This document shows, piece by piece, positions 22,301 through 33,298 of a stretch of DNA of 33,298 bases; the first letter of the stretch is position 1, and every line of letters begins with the position of its first letter. The position numbers were made by a program, and so were the translations under genes. Source of the stretch: Catajapyx aquilonaris. Its lineage: Eukaryota. Below the pieces are notes generated by a model. The model had not been told where the DNA came from. It searched no databases and worked only from the letters and a program-made list of their open reading frames with translations. The stretch lies in assembly GCA_000934665.2 (NCBI GenBank), contig JYFJ02004287.1, positions 1-33,298 of the forward strand. Reading direction: 5' to 3'.

Positions 22301-25300
22301 CCTCCTCCCACCTCTGGGGTCCCAGGTTCGATCCCCGGATTGGGCCAAGGATTTCCCATATGGGTTGAGTTTCGATGGAGTTCTCTCCGCGCTTGCGTGG
22401 GTTTTATATCGGGGTTCCCCCGTTATAAATTTCCTCCCACACTTCAAAAACTATCTTCCCCTCCCCCTTTCTTTCGCCCTCCCCCCACCCTCCCAAGAGC
22501 CTCATAGCCTGAGTTGCCTCGGCTTCCCCTTTTTAAACAAATCTTCTGAAATTCAGATCATTTCTGTCTATATTAAATTTTAGTAGATCGGTACAACAGT
22601 TTTCTTTTCTTTCACGAGTACAGTAGTTTTACAGTAAACATATTCTTAAAATTATTGCCTTGGTTTTATATACATGAAACACGTGGGGCTCGTTCCGAAG
22701 CACGAAATTTTAAAAATAGCGGGCGTTACGTAACGGGGGGGAGGTTCNTTCAGAAGATCGTTACGGTCTGTTACAGAGGGGGGGAGGGGGTCAAAAATGG
22801 CCAAAAATACCGTTACGTAATATGTGGACGTCCCCTAACCACTGATTGCTCAGTCAAGACTTAAGGGGGGGATAACGAAAATCCGGACTTCTTCGAGTTC
22901 CAACTCTGGCCTAAAGAGGAGACAGTTGATCCCACCCTCTCTACACAAACGAAAGGTTGCATTTGCGGTTGACCATTTCCTCTAGGCACAATAAAAACCG
23001 TGAAAATTAGGGTTCCCCCAACTTCTAGTAGTTCTCAAATCAGTCAAATTTTGACAAAATTATTATTTGCCGAAAGGTTATAGCTAAATATAAAAATTGG
23101 CTTCAAGGGTCCGGAGCACTCATTTTTCCGCATTTTTGGGTGCTTGTTACGACATCACTTAAAATTTTACGATGGCGTAATTTACTCCCGAATGCAAGTT
23201 ACTTTTTAAAATCCTACATTAAGAATATGGAAAAGTACATCACGCATATGTGTAAGAGGAGGTCAGTTACACTTACACACACAAAAATCGGTTCTGCTGT
23301 TGTTAGTTGTTACTGTTAGCGAGAACTTTACTCCCAAATTCTCTTTATCCCCCCCCCCCTAAGAGTAGTTGTGAATGTAGTCCATCATCTGGCAGAAAAT
23401 TGGTTTTTGCTAGGACAAAATTTTACGAGCGAAAAGGGTGGTAATGCAGTTGCCACGAGAGAGTATGTATGAGGAATCACCCAATCCAGTTCAAAAGCCC
23501 CATTGAGTGTTAAGATGTGCACATTGCCTTTGAGAAACTTCAGTTAATAAAACGACATTGTAAAACATGTTCCTTGCAGAATGCTACTGTGGCAAGAATA
23601 AGCGATCCATTCCATGTACAACTGATTCATTTGGGATTGGCCACTATGTTTGTGGGTCCACTTGTGAAAAGCATCTAGCATGCGGGAACCACAAGTGTGA
23701 AACCCCCTGCCATGAGGGTGACTGCCTCCCCTGCCCTTTGTCCCCGGAGAAGGTGACCCGCTGTCCTTGTGGGCAGACCATCCTGGAAGAACTGTGCCAG
23801 GCCGAGGGCAAAGAGAAAAGGAAGGTCTGCACGGATGAGGTTCCTACTTGCCAGCTGACATGTAACAAGCCACTCAAGTGTGGGCCTGCTGGTAAGTCAG
23901 TTGTGATTTTATTTTCCCTTGTTTAATGTAGGGCAATTTTTGGGCTTCCTGAAGGGTCTGAAATGAAAATAATATATACTCTGCCTCAAATATTGATTGA
24001 CCAGGTTAATGTTTCAGGCGAAAACCATCGTTGCCAGGCTAAATGCCACCTTGGACCATGCCAGCCCTGCCCCATGACAACTGCGATGAGGTGCAGGTGT
24101 GGGAATGCAGAGGTGAATGTAGCCTGCAAGGACATCAAGGTCCCACCAGGAGTAGTCAAATGTGATCGGAGGTGTAACAGGGTATGTATGCTTGATCTGT
24201 TGGCTGAGCTCACAGCCATTTCCAAAGAAAATGGGTGGAATTGGGGACCTTTTCATTTGGGCAAGATTTCACTGGAGATATAAGAATATGTATGCTTTAC
24301 AACAATTTCTGTGTTTTTCTGAGATTTTGTACCCAAAAAATTGCAGAATTTGGGAAATTGTGTGTTCATACAAGTGACCCTTAGCACCATTACACATGGT
24401 GATATTTTTAAGATCCAACCCACATATTTGGCTGCTGATAAATAAGGGCTGGACAGAAGGAGACAGAATTAAACTGATAGGTCTACATACCTTGCTTCAT
24501 GTAATGCACAGTGACCATGGTTGAAAAAACTACCATGTTCAGCAGATACATTTAAACGTGATACTGTTTGGTGTCACTGTTGCATCTCAGTTTGGTCTTT
24601 CGGATGTGAGACACACCTTAAGAAGTCAGGTGGTGACATGAGTCATTAGCAGTCTGAGTGCTTTTCATGAATCCCAGATATTACGTAGGATAAATTCATG
24701 CTATGCAATTAAATATTAATTTTAATGGTGCTTTCTCTTTAGAAGTGGAAACATGTGGAAATCATTTTATCATTAATGGACCATCTACCTTACATACAAA
24801 ATTAATATTGTAATATTATTTACTCTACTCACAGAAAAAGTCGTGTGGCCGACATAAGTGTGGGCAAACCTGCTGCATTGATGAACATATATGCACCATA
24901 GTGTGCGGACGCAATCTGGGATGTGGGCTACACAAATGTGAATCCCTGTGCCACCTGGGGAATTGCCCACCTTGCTACAGGAGCAGTGAGTAGTTACTTT
25001 TACCATCCTTTGTTTGCCTGCATATGTATTTCATAATACACCTGACATTGTGCAGATAAAAGAGTAGGTTTTATTCAAGTGACAAGAATAGTTAAAGCTT
25101 TTTCAGCTAAACTGAGCTTGATTATTTCCATCCTCAGGCTTCAGTGAGCTATCATGTGAGTGTGGAGTCACTGTGATGCTTCCCCCAGTTGCGTGTGGTA
25201 CAGCTCCTCCTGAGTGTGCCCATCCATGCTCACGTCAACATACATGTGACCATCAAGTTCTGCACAACTGCCACACAGAGGTTCAGTGTCCACCATGTGC

Positions 25301-27664
25301 AGTTCTGACAGAGAAGTGGTGCCATGGAAGGCATGAGCTCAGGAAAAGCATCCCTTGCCACCTGACTGAGATCTCCTGCGGGTTACCATGTGGGCTAGAA
25401 CTTCCCTGTGGGCGCCACCGTTGCAAGAAGACCTGCCACGCAGGCCAGTGCCTCAAGGAAGGGGAGACATGCACTCAGCCCTGCACCACCCCAAGGACGG
25501 AATGCAAGCACCCCTGCGGAGTGCCCTGCCACCAAGGGGCCTGTCCTGAATCACTCTGCAGGGAGCTGGTGACAATCACTTGTATCTGTGGACATCGTTC
25601 AGCATCTGTGACCTGCTCAGAGAATGAATCTGAGTACCATCGGGTGGTCACTTCCCTCCTGGCACTCAGGCTTACTGCGACACAGGCTGGCCAATCCGTG
25701 GAAGTCGAGGTTGATCTTGGCTCCTCAGGTGACAAGAAGGACAAGACCAAAATGTATGTAGGATAAACATTAACTTCCTAGGTTGATTTTGTCACTGAGC
25801 ACCATAATTAATAGCATAGATCAGTGGTTTCCAACCTGGGGGTCATAAAGCCTTTTCCGGGAGGTCGCACGGGGCTGTGGTAATTTTTATTAATTTAAAA
25901 ATTACTTTAACAAATCACAAAAATTTTATAGGAAATTTCATCTTGAAGGTTTTTTTCAACACCTACTAACACTTGGGGAGGGGGGTCGCAGGTTACTTTA
26001 CTATCATAAAAGGGGGTCGCGACCCGAAAAAGGTTGGGAACCAATGGCGTAGATAGTCTGATAATATCAGAACCAAACGTGCAACTTAGGTTTTTTCATT
26101 CAGGTTTATGAGTTATGAAGTGAGGGTTTGGCCCTGGTGAAATTGGAATGTTTTCAAAGTTGAAATGGCCCCAGTAAGAATGGCCCCAGTGGAATTTCAT
26201 TCATAATTTTACAGTAATGGTAGATCAGCCCCAATTTTTAACATTCCGTATATGACTCTTTGAAACCTGTTCGTAAATTTGCATGTTGGCTGCTGTAATG
26301 TAACACCATATTGTGCAACCAGCTTTTCCTTAACATTGATTCCGTTAAATACCAGTTTTGGTGGAAAATATGTTTTTAAAAATTGGGTATGATCTAGTAT
26401 TGGCAAGAGTATTGGTGTAAAAATGCATTTGACAATTTTTTGCATCTCGTAAACATGATTTTTTAAAACTGAGTTTCACATTTGCTTCTGATAATGGTCA
26501 TGTTTTCTGCTTAAAAGTATGGTGCACAGCTTCAAAATCGATCCTTGTAGGGATCAATTGTAAATTTTATGCTTACAAGTTAATTTCTTGTGTTTTTGCC
26601 AGACTGGAATGCAATGATGAATGTGCCTTAATTGAGCGTAACAGGAGGATAGCCCTGGCCCTGCAGATTCAGAACCCAGAGCTTACTAACAAACTGGGGC
26701 CACCCAAGTACACCCAGTTTATGAAAGACTGGGCCAAGAAGGACTCAGCCTTTACCCAGATGGTTCATGACAAACTGTCCGAACTTGTCCAACTTGCTAA
26801 AGAGGTAAGCAGGGAGTGGGTTTTGGTAGTGAAGACGTATGGGTCCCAAGTGAGCATTATCAGTGAGGTACTTTGCATTCATCACTTGACCAGCAGAGTT
26901 TGCTGTAGCAACAGGGCACTAAAATAGGTGAAGAAATGTACTGACAATTAGTATACTAATGGGATGATTTAATAATTTTTTCCAGTCAAAGCAGAAAAGC
27001 AGGAGCCATTCCTTTGACCCTATGAACCGTGACAAGCGACAGTTTGTGCATGAGTACTGCGAACATTTCGGGTGTGAATCACGGGCATATGACCAGGAAC
27101 CCAAGCGCAATGTGGTTGCCACTGCTATCAAGGACAAGGTGAAAAGCACTACAAGTTTATTGAATTTGGTAGCTTGAAAAGTGTTCTGAGTTTTTATTTT
27201 CTCCCCTGTCATTTGTTAATAGTCGTGGCTACCATCTCAAAGCTTGCTGCAAGTGGTCCAGAGGGAGATGGGGCAGAGGAAACCCCCTGCACCTGTCATA
27301 GGAACCAAGGCCAAGGGCATCAAGTAAGCATGCATATCAATTCTTAATTTCACTATGTCCCTCTTTAAATGTCATGCACTTGGGTCTGCATAGTACGCTG
27401 AAAAACTCAATGCCTCAGTGGATCAAAGGCTATATCCTGAAAAGTACTCTTGAATATGTTTAACTTTAGCAAGTATCAGCAGGTCACAATTATGACATTA
27501 CCATATTTCACAGGGTGTCTTCCACATCTGTCACCCTCAACAACTTGTCCCATGCAGCAGTTGCATGGTCAGGTGTTGTGAGCGAAGCAAATAAGAACCA
27601 GGCCAAAGAACCCAGTGAAAAGGCAAGCGAGCCTGTCATTGACTACTTTGACTGTAATGGTTGA
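19014..27664 (+). CDS. stc: Shuttle craft / NF-X1 zinc-finger protein (RING, NF-X1 fingers, R3H); 11 coding exons
   Basis: Exons: 19014-20340, 21184-21406, 21492-21655, 23580-23891, 24018-24181, 24835-24985, 25138-25753, 26603-26804, 26986-27138, 27223-27323, 27514-27664. [36 protein letters not shown]; repeated CGxHxCxxxCHxGxC fingers; R3[20 protein letters not shown]-terminal IDYFD. Confidence 0.95.
19344..19397 (+). repeat. CAG/CAA repeat encoding Q18 in stc (a second tract, Q9, at 19050-19076)
   Basis: Direct translation of stc exon 1. Confidence 0.95.
19863..20102 (+). repeat. Coding 30-bp tandem repeat (EWK decapeptide) in stc exon 1
   Basis: GARTGGAAR occurs nine times; the last eight are at an exact 30-nt period. 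Confidence 0.92.
21789..22835. mobile_element. Non-autonomous PIF/Harbinger-like transposon in stc intron 3, carrying a SINE
   Basis: Perfect 26-bp TIR ggggacgtccacatattacgtaacgg; TAA at 21786-21788 and 22836-22838; subterminal CGTTACGTAACG palindromes and G-runs. Confidence 0.9.
22258..22541 (+). mobile_element. tRNA-derived SINE with a V-domain-like core
   Basis: A box TGGCGTAGTGG and B box GGTTCGATCCC; core ttctctccgcgcttgcgtgggtttt...ttcctcccacacttcaaaaac; 11-bp direct repeat tcttctgaaat at 22247-22257 and 22542-22552. Confidence 0.82.
22865..23359. mobile_element. Second Harbinger-like MITE in stc intron 3
   Basis: Termini gggggggataa / ttatccccccc, flanked by TAA at 22862-22864 and 23360-23362. 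Confidence 0.7.
25822..26046. mobile_element. hAT (Charlie-like) MITE in stc intron 7
   Basis: TIR cagtggtttccaacct / aggttgggaaccaatg; flanks gcatagat and gcgtagat (7/8 match); GGGGTCGC subterminal motifs. Confidence 0.8.
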
Positions 27665-28809
27665 CAACATCAGGGCAATTTTGGGTGGATATCAGTCCCT
27701 GGTAGTTTTTCTGTTTACTAATTATAACTAATGATAATAACAGTATGATTATTATTTTTGTGTACACTGTTTATCCCCATCCTAGGAAGGAAATATTAAT
27801 ATACTGGAAAAAAAAAAGTGGGAATTGTTCACGTACCTTTCATCTAGTCCACTTTGGCGATGTTTCAGGTTCTTCTGTGTGCTTCAGTGTTGCAAAAATT
27901 AGCCTCATCCTACCTTTTGGCCTGTTTTCTACCTCCCACTCCCCATCCCCATTTTTTCCTTTTTGCAAATCTTGTAGTTCGCAAATTTCAAAGGATTTGC
28001 TGCCTTTTTCTCCTTCATTCCCGTTACACCTCTAAGAAATGAGAAACCAAATGATTTCTAGAACATGTGGAATAGCTTTGCGGTTGTGGTATCAACTTAC
28101 CAGTTCAGATGATGGTAAAGTAATGTAGCCAGCTCAAATGTCTAGTTTTCAATATGTTAATTAAAGTTGCAGTATGTAAAAGATTTCTCGAGTAATGTTG
28201 TTTTATTTGATGTTCCCGTTGTCATTCTGGTGTGCACAAGGAAAATGGATAATTACATAAGTCAATAAATGTATTTTTTTTAAATAGCCCCAACTTTGAT
28301 GGTAGTTTTATACCCTTTTAATTGTTTGCAAGGAAATAAAACATTTTGCCAAGTTTTATGAAGTAACATTTAGCTTTTGAACTCCGCTGTATAAGGTTCT
28401 TTCTAATATAGTGGAATGTTCTGCATTATAACAAGGAGAGAGAACGACTCAATTAACAGGGTGGTTACGTTTGATTAGGTAGGGCAATTCCTCAGCCTAC
28501 CATACATTTTTTTGTTGGGAGGCTTAATGGGGGCATGTAATAGAAATGATGTTTTTATTGTGTGTGCCATTGAGCATGCATATCACCCATAAAACAGGAT
28601 TGATAATATTGTGCAGTGTGCTGTTGGCAGACAACCATACAACCTGCACTTCGGGCTTGGCAGGCAAGCATTATCAGGTGGAAGCAGATAAGCCAGACAT
28701 ACACATAAGGGGGTCAGGTGGACCTCGAAAAATGACTAGAGAAACAGAATGACAATACAGTATTTGTTGGGGTAGAAAATGGGAATATATGTAGGCTATA
28801 GATTGATAG

Positions 28810-29030
28810 TGAGAAATGGAGGATGGGGAGAGGAATAAGATTGGAGATTGAAAAGGTAGAGGGGCACAGCAGGGGAGGAGAGAGGCAAAGGGAAACTAGA
28901 AGAGAGAAGTTGTGCACAGAGATGAGGAGCAAGAGAATGAATGAAAAGAAAGAGACAGAGAAGACTGACAGGAGAGGACAAAAGAGGATGAGTAATTGGA
29001 ATGTAGAGAGAGAGAGAGTGAGAGTGAGAA
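28810..29030. repeat. GA-rich polypurine low-complexity tract
   Basis: Strong purine skew ending in (GA)n. Confidence 0.7.
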
Positions 29031-29289
29031 TTAAGTGTAAATAAATGTCAATGAATTGAAGCAAGTATTGAGGGTAAAGGGAATGGCAAGCCTACCTTGT
29101 GAGTTTACCCTCGAAATGTCAAGGAAAGGTAGGGCAGAAGGAAGAAGCTGCTGGGGATTGGAGGAATGTTAATATACTGGATATTACCCATATAAAGTCC
29201 ATGGTATGTACTGCCTACATCATGAGTAAGTTGCAGATAAGAGCTTAAAAATCTTCACTGTCGTTGACAATACCAGGTTGCATGAGGAA

Positions 29290-29352
29290 GTCCTCTGTCA
29301 GATCTGGGAATTGAACCTGAGAGAAAGGTAAGACCCAGGCTCTAACCACTAC
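29290..29352 (-). mobile_element. Degenerate tRNA-SINE head
   Basis: The minus strand reads tagtggttagagc (A-box-like) and ggttcaattccc (B-box-like); no intact cloverleaf. Confidence 0.4.
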
Positions 29353-30121
29353 ATAAATAGGCAATATTACATTAGTAACGAGGTGGCACAGCCCAAATGA
29401 CACTGCATTAAAATAATGATCATAATATGGTACTAATAGAATACAACCTTATGGCGGCTCAGATTCATTACAAAATACCTTGTAGAATGGAGGCATGTTT
29501 TTTTCCCCTTTATATTACAGGTTTCTTTTGGTTGTTATTGCTGATGATAAATTTGACAAATGAAGGTACAGATGAAGGTACAGATTTTTGTCTGGTAATT
29601 GGTACTTTGGTTCTCACAATTTGACCTTTTGTATAATAAGGTGTTATCAAGAGGCCTTCTCCAACAGTGCATTTATTTTTGAGGTCATTCTCACACTTGA
29701 ATGTTATCTGATCCCCTGCCACACATGAAGGCGTAAAAATGTAATGGTCAATTGAAATAGTGTTGGAAGTCATTATTATTTTAATTGAAATTGGGTAACA
29801 TTCACACCAATATGATTTTGCAATAGTGATTAACCACAAAAAATTACAGCAGGCAAAATTGAAATGCAAATGCCATATACACATGAACAAATCTTGCACA
29901 AAGTTGTATTGAAATGTATGCAGATAATTTGTATAAAAATATAGGAAACATTCATCAACAAGTCTCATTTTCTCTGAGTTATGATGAGTTAATTCGTTCT
30001 ACTTCTCCAGAAACCAAAAATGCGATAAATTGACAATATCCAGTGAGTATAACTTGAGCAAAACACGGCATTTTAAAATGAGAGTTACTGAGTTGCAATT
30101 GCAGTTTGTCAAGTACATAAC

Positions 30122-31130
30122 TTAGAAGCACTTTGCCGTTGAGAATTGAGTACACTGCGCATCCTTAGTATTTTCCTTGTACGCCCTGTCGTCCATGTGA
30201 AGTCCGGCTCCTTCTATCAAATTGTGCAAATTGCAGTAGTTGTTTCCATGGTCGAAGAGTGCATACCATGGAGTAGATGAAGAGGATCCCTAGGGGGTAA
30301 AAGTTGAGTCAAAAACAGGCTCCTGGACTGGATTCACAGAGTCACCTTGGCCTGGATATTTTCTCTCTTTGCTGGCGAGTGAAATAGCAACTGATTTTTA
30401 TAAAGTACACAGCAATTTAAGGAGGTATATTATTATAATATTGCATGAGCATCCTGGGGATTAACGTGGCTTTGTGGTTTTTGGCTTAGAAAAATGATGG
30501 ATTCATGGGATACTTCTCATAGTAAAGTGTGCCAAGGAGTATTACGTGACATATTACGGTACCAAAAAAGACGTGATTTACCTTCACAGTGCAGCGAGTT
30601 AGACGTCTCTGGAAGGAGAAGCTGATGACATCGACGTATCGCAACTTTGGACTTACGTGAATCCCGGTTATTGTTTGGTTGACGTTGCAAATGAACTGAA
30701 AGTCAAAAAGCACTTCATCAAACTAATTGCCTCAATGTATGAATAATTGAAAGTTTACCTTGTAAAGACATCTAATTCCATTATTGTCATCTCTGCAGTT
30801 TGCACTGCCCTCCCAAGCCTTCATTTGGTTAATTATAGCTTCGGAAACTTGATCGCACGGTTTACCGAAAGTCCTGGAGGGGAAAATCAAGCAAAACGAG
30901 AGTCATGTTGTGGCGCAGAAGAAGAGGTCATCCATTCAAATTGCATGCAGGTAATCACACATCTGACCTGTCGAGACAGTTACATAATGAAGGCATTGTA
31001 CGAATAAATCTTACCACGTGACGTTGCAAGATGCATGATAAGGGTAAGGGAAGTCGAGTAATTCAAGAAGTCCGGTTGCACTGTACGTAAAATAAGTAGC
31101 TACTAAACACGACAGTACAATTTGTCTCAT
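30122..31130 (-). CDS. Uncharacterised secreted Cys-rich protein, 170 aa; 4 coding exons
   Basis: Exons 31130-31015, 30873-30759, 30695-30582 and 30289-30122 (116+115+114+168 = 513 nt) join in frame at GT-AG sites. The start context is GCCATG, followed by the signal-peptide-like MRQIVLSCLVATYFTYSATG, and the frame ends in TAA. Confidence 0.85.
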
Positions 31131-32368
31131 GGCTCCTGCAGTGTCACTGCAACACTTCTGTGAAGGAAGATGTAATTAGAAGATACGAATATATCGCATT
31201 TAGTCAGCCCCCTCCATTTAATTAGTTTATTTATTTGTGTCTCTGTTTGCTTTAGAGGGAGAATCGAAGGCTCTAATGAAAACGAACCGCAGTGATTAAT
31301 TACGAGAAATCGCAAGCGTGTTACTACACCAGGAAGAAGAAGAAAACGAAATCACTTATCATATCAGAAAAATGCAGATTTTTAATATAAAAAAGCGGCT
31401 GTGTGAAAGCGTCTTTACATTTTCATTAAACACCTGTATATCACACTGTACGAATTCATGTTTAACAAAGAGCTATACCAGATTACACCAACAGTAATGA
31501 CTTATTAAATCTATGAGCTATTTTTAGCAAAAAATATTGGTCACAACAAACTTCCGCCTCACTTTCCACATTCCAAGTGACAAATCTATGATTCACCACA
31601 CCTTGCTAATAATTAAAAGGTCATATTGAATGACCAGTCCTTGAATGATTCAATCGGTTTATCCTATTGCTGGGGGGGTCAATAAGGAAGCTTTGCCGGC
31701 TATTGAAAGGGACCGGTAAAGCGTAAGTCAAAAAGCAAAACACACACTCACATGTACACTCACGCGTTAACTGCTTGTGAGAGAATCGTGCATTCCCTTT
31801 CTCCAGACTCATTATTTAGTGGGGCTTCTGATTGGTGTGTAGGGGAATCTGGTACAAGGACGACCTTTTTTGATGTGTTCAAGTCCTTTGGGATGACAGG
31901 TGTTATGTACAGAGACAGAAAAAGGTGTAATAAGACTATTTATGGACATTTTTCCACAAAAATTAGTCACTAATGTAGCCTAGTGTAGAAAGTGCAAGTG
32001 ACGTGCATAATTAGCACTTGTGTTTCAAGTTGTAAGCTTTAAATTGTAGGTCAGTTGGCTATTGGATATGCAAAAAAAGCAGACATTACCACTTGGCAGT
32101 TGGGTTGGGCTGTGTTCACTTACCTAGTTGGTTTTTTTTTAAAGCCGAGAAAAGCGAAAAGCACCGTATAGGGGAGCTCAATTTAAGATCTCTTCCTTGT
32201 TTTTGACCAAGTTTGTTCAGGGACAGCCAATAGCATTCAGCATGAGAGTGTGATATAATGGTCAGACCAATGGGTGCTATTGTCCAGCAAGTTTCCAAGG
32301 TGGTCATGTTTTCGCGGAAAAAAATAACCAGTCGTCGCGATTGAATCTGGGTTTTTGCGACTGGCTTA

Positions 32369-32679
32369 TCAGGCAGTGAAGCAGGTCTGCCTTAAGTGGT
32401 ACCATGTAGAAACTGGCAGTTTGGCATGTTACACATTATGCCAACTATTACACAATCGTAATGAAAGTAAGACGTTTATCTTGTTAATATGCATACCGTC
32501 CACTCCATTACTTTCTGCGAATCTAATTGCTTCTTCCTGTCTGATGAGGATCGCCCCTTGTTTGTTTTTCTTCCTCATTTTGTACATCTTGCCGCCCATC
32601 TCGCTGGCAGTTTCTAGTTGAAGACTTGTCACGTTGCGTAAATTTTTTGCCGGGACAAGCCTTGAAGTAAATGGGCGTA
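32369..32679 (-). CDS. Possible last two exons of an unidentified gene entering from the right
   Basis: Candidate exon 32679-32497 (RPFTSRLVPAKNLRN...EEAIRFAESNGVD), an 84-bp GT-AG intron, then exon 32412-32369 (VSTWYHLRQTCFTA*). Phases are compatible, but no family was recognised. Confidence 0.3.
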
Positions 32680-33298
32680 CTGAAGAGATATATGCAAATA
32701 AAATGTATCAAATAGGAAGAGTGAATGATTCGACCTTATATTTTATATATTGAACAGGCCCAAAAATAGTGGCTATTGTTTTTTTTTTAAACTTGACAAA
32801 ACGTAATTTGAATTTTTCATATACCTGATTAATTCAATTTCTCTGCCCATTTCATCAAATTCCATTCAATTTTCCATTCAACGGTCATCAGTCATATTCA
32901 ATTCGTGATTTTCAGTTTCATTCAGCTCCAGATGATTTCATTCCATTCAACCTCAAGCAGTTATTTTTCAACTAAAATCGCCATTCCTTTAATATGCCAG
33001 AAAATGCATTTATTTTCTGTCTCGGAAATTCCATAAATCTAACCCCTCTCGAAGTCACATAATAAGTAGCCTAATAATTATGGAGTTACGCTGCTAAAAT
33101 TTGGGTGTAACGTGTAAGCCTAATTAGTAGCTGTAGCCTACTTGATAAGATCTATCAACACAAGAAGTCAGTCTATTTCCCACTATGCGACCTTCCATTT
33201 GGAGACTTTTTCAATGTGCAGAATATTATTAGTCCTGGACAAAAAAATTTAATGAGAAGCTGTAAACCTGATCTTTTTTTAAGTCGCGGATTTTCAAA

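Noticed and set aside
22260..22345. Possible tRNA gene
   Set aside because: It has A and B boxes but no proper cloverleaf, runs into a SINE body, and is flanked by a target-site duplication.
28714..29064. Hydrophobic and charged ORFs on both strands
   Set aside because: They are translations of the GA-rich low-complexity tract.
29075..29135. gggaatggcaagcctac, reminiscent of RTE-element or HDV-like ribozyme sequence
   Set aside because: Too short and degenerate; I could not establish the required pairings by eye.
29510..29968. 152-aa minus-strand ORF
   Set aside because: AT-rich, no recognisable motif, and probably 3' UTR or intergenic DNA downstream of the secreted-protein gene.
30346..30390. 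Possible extra 45-nt exon (LLFHSPAKRENIQAK) in the secreted-protein gene
   Set aside because: It is AG/GT-bounded and frame-preserving, but the acceptor lacks a pyrimidine tract and it would interrupt CTVK-GSSSS. It cannot be excluded as a minor isoform.

Overview
This is eukaryotic, intron-rich genomic DNA, most likely from an insect (cytochrome c has the [13 protein letters not shown]-terminus). The first 28 kb is a compact block of five spliced housekeeping genes in alternating orientation: mitochondrial-type valyl-tRNA synthetase (+, 664-4416), Ndc80 (-, 4548-8728), RNA polymerase I subunit 2 (+, 9107-15188), cytochrome c (-, 15439-16853) and shuttle craft/NFX1 (+, 19014-27664). Reading splice sites by hand revealed a sixth gene that the ORF track mostly misses: four exons (-, 30122-31130) encoding a 170-aa secreted Cys-rich protein of unknown function with a DUF1499-like motif. 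A possible seventh gene ends near 32.4-32.7 kb. Introns and intergenic DNA hold several MITEs (Harbinger-like with TAA duplications, hAT-like, Tc1/pogo-like) and a V-domain tRNA-SINE nested inside one MITE. Other points of interest are a tandem EWK decapeptide array in Stc, a shortened insert plus KMTKS in ValRS, and a mammal-like CRE/NRF-1 promoter on cytochrome c. All exon models were read by eye; no searches were run, and family comparisons come from recalled sequences.
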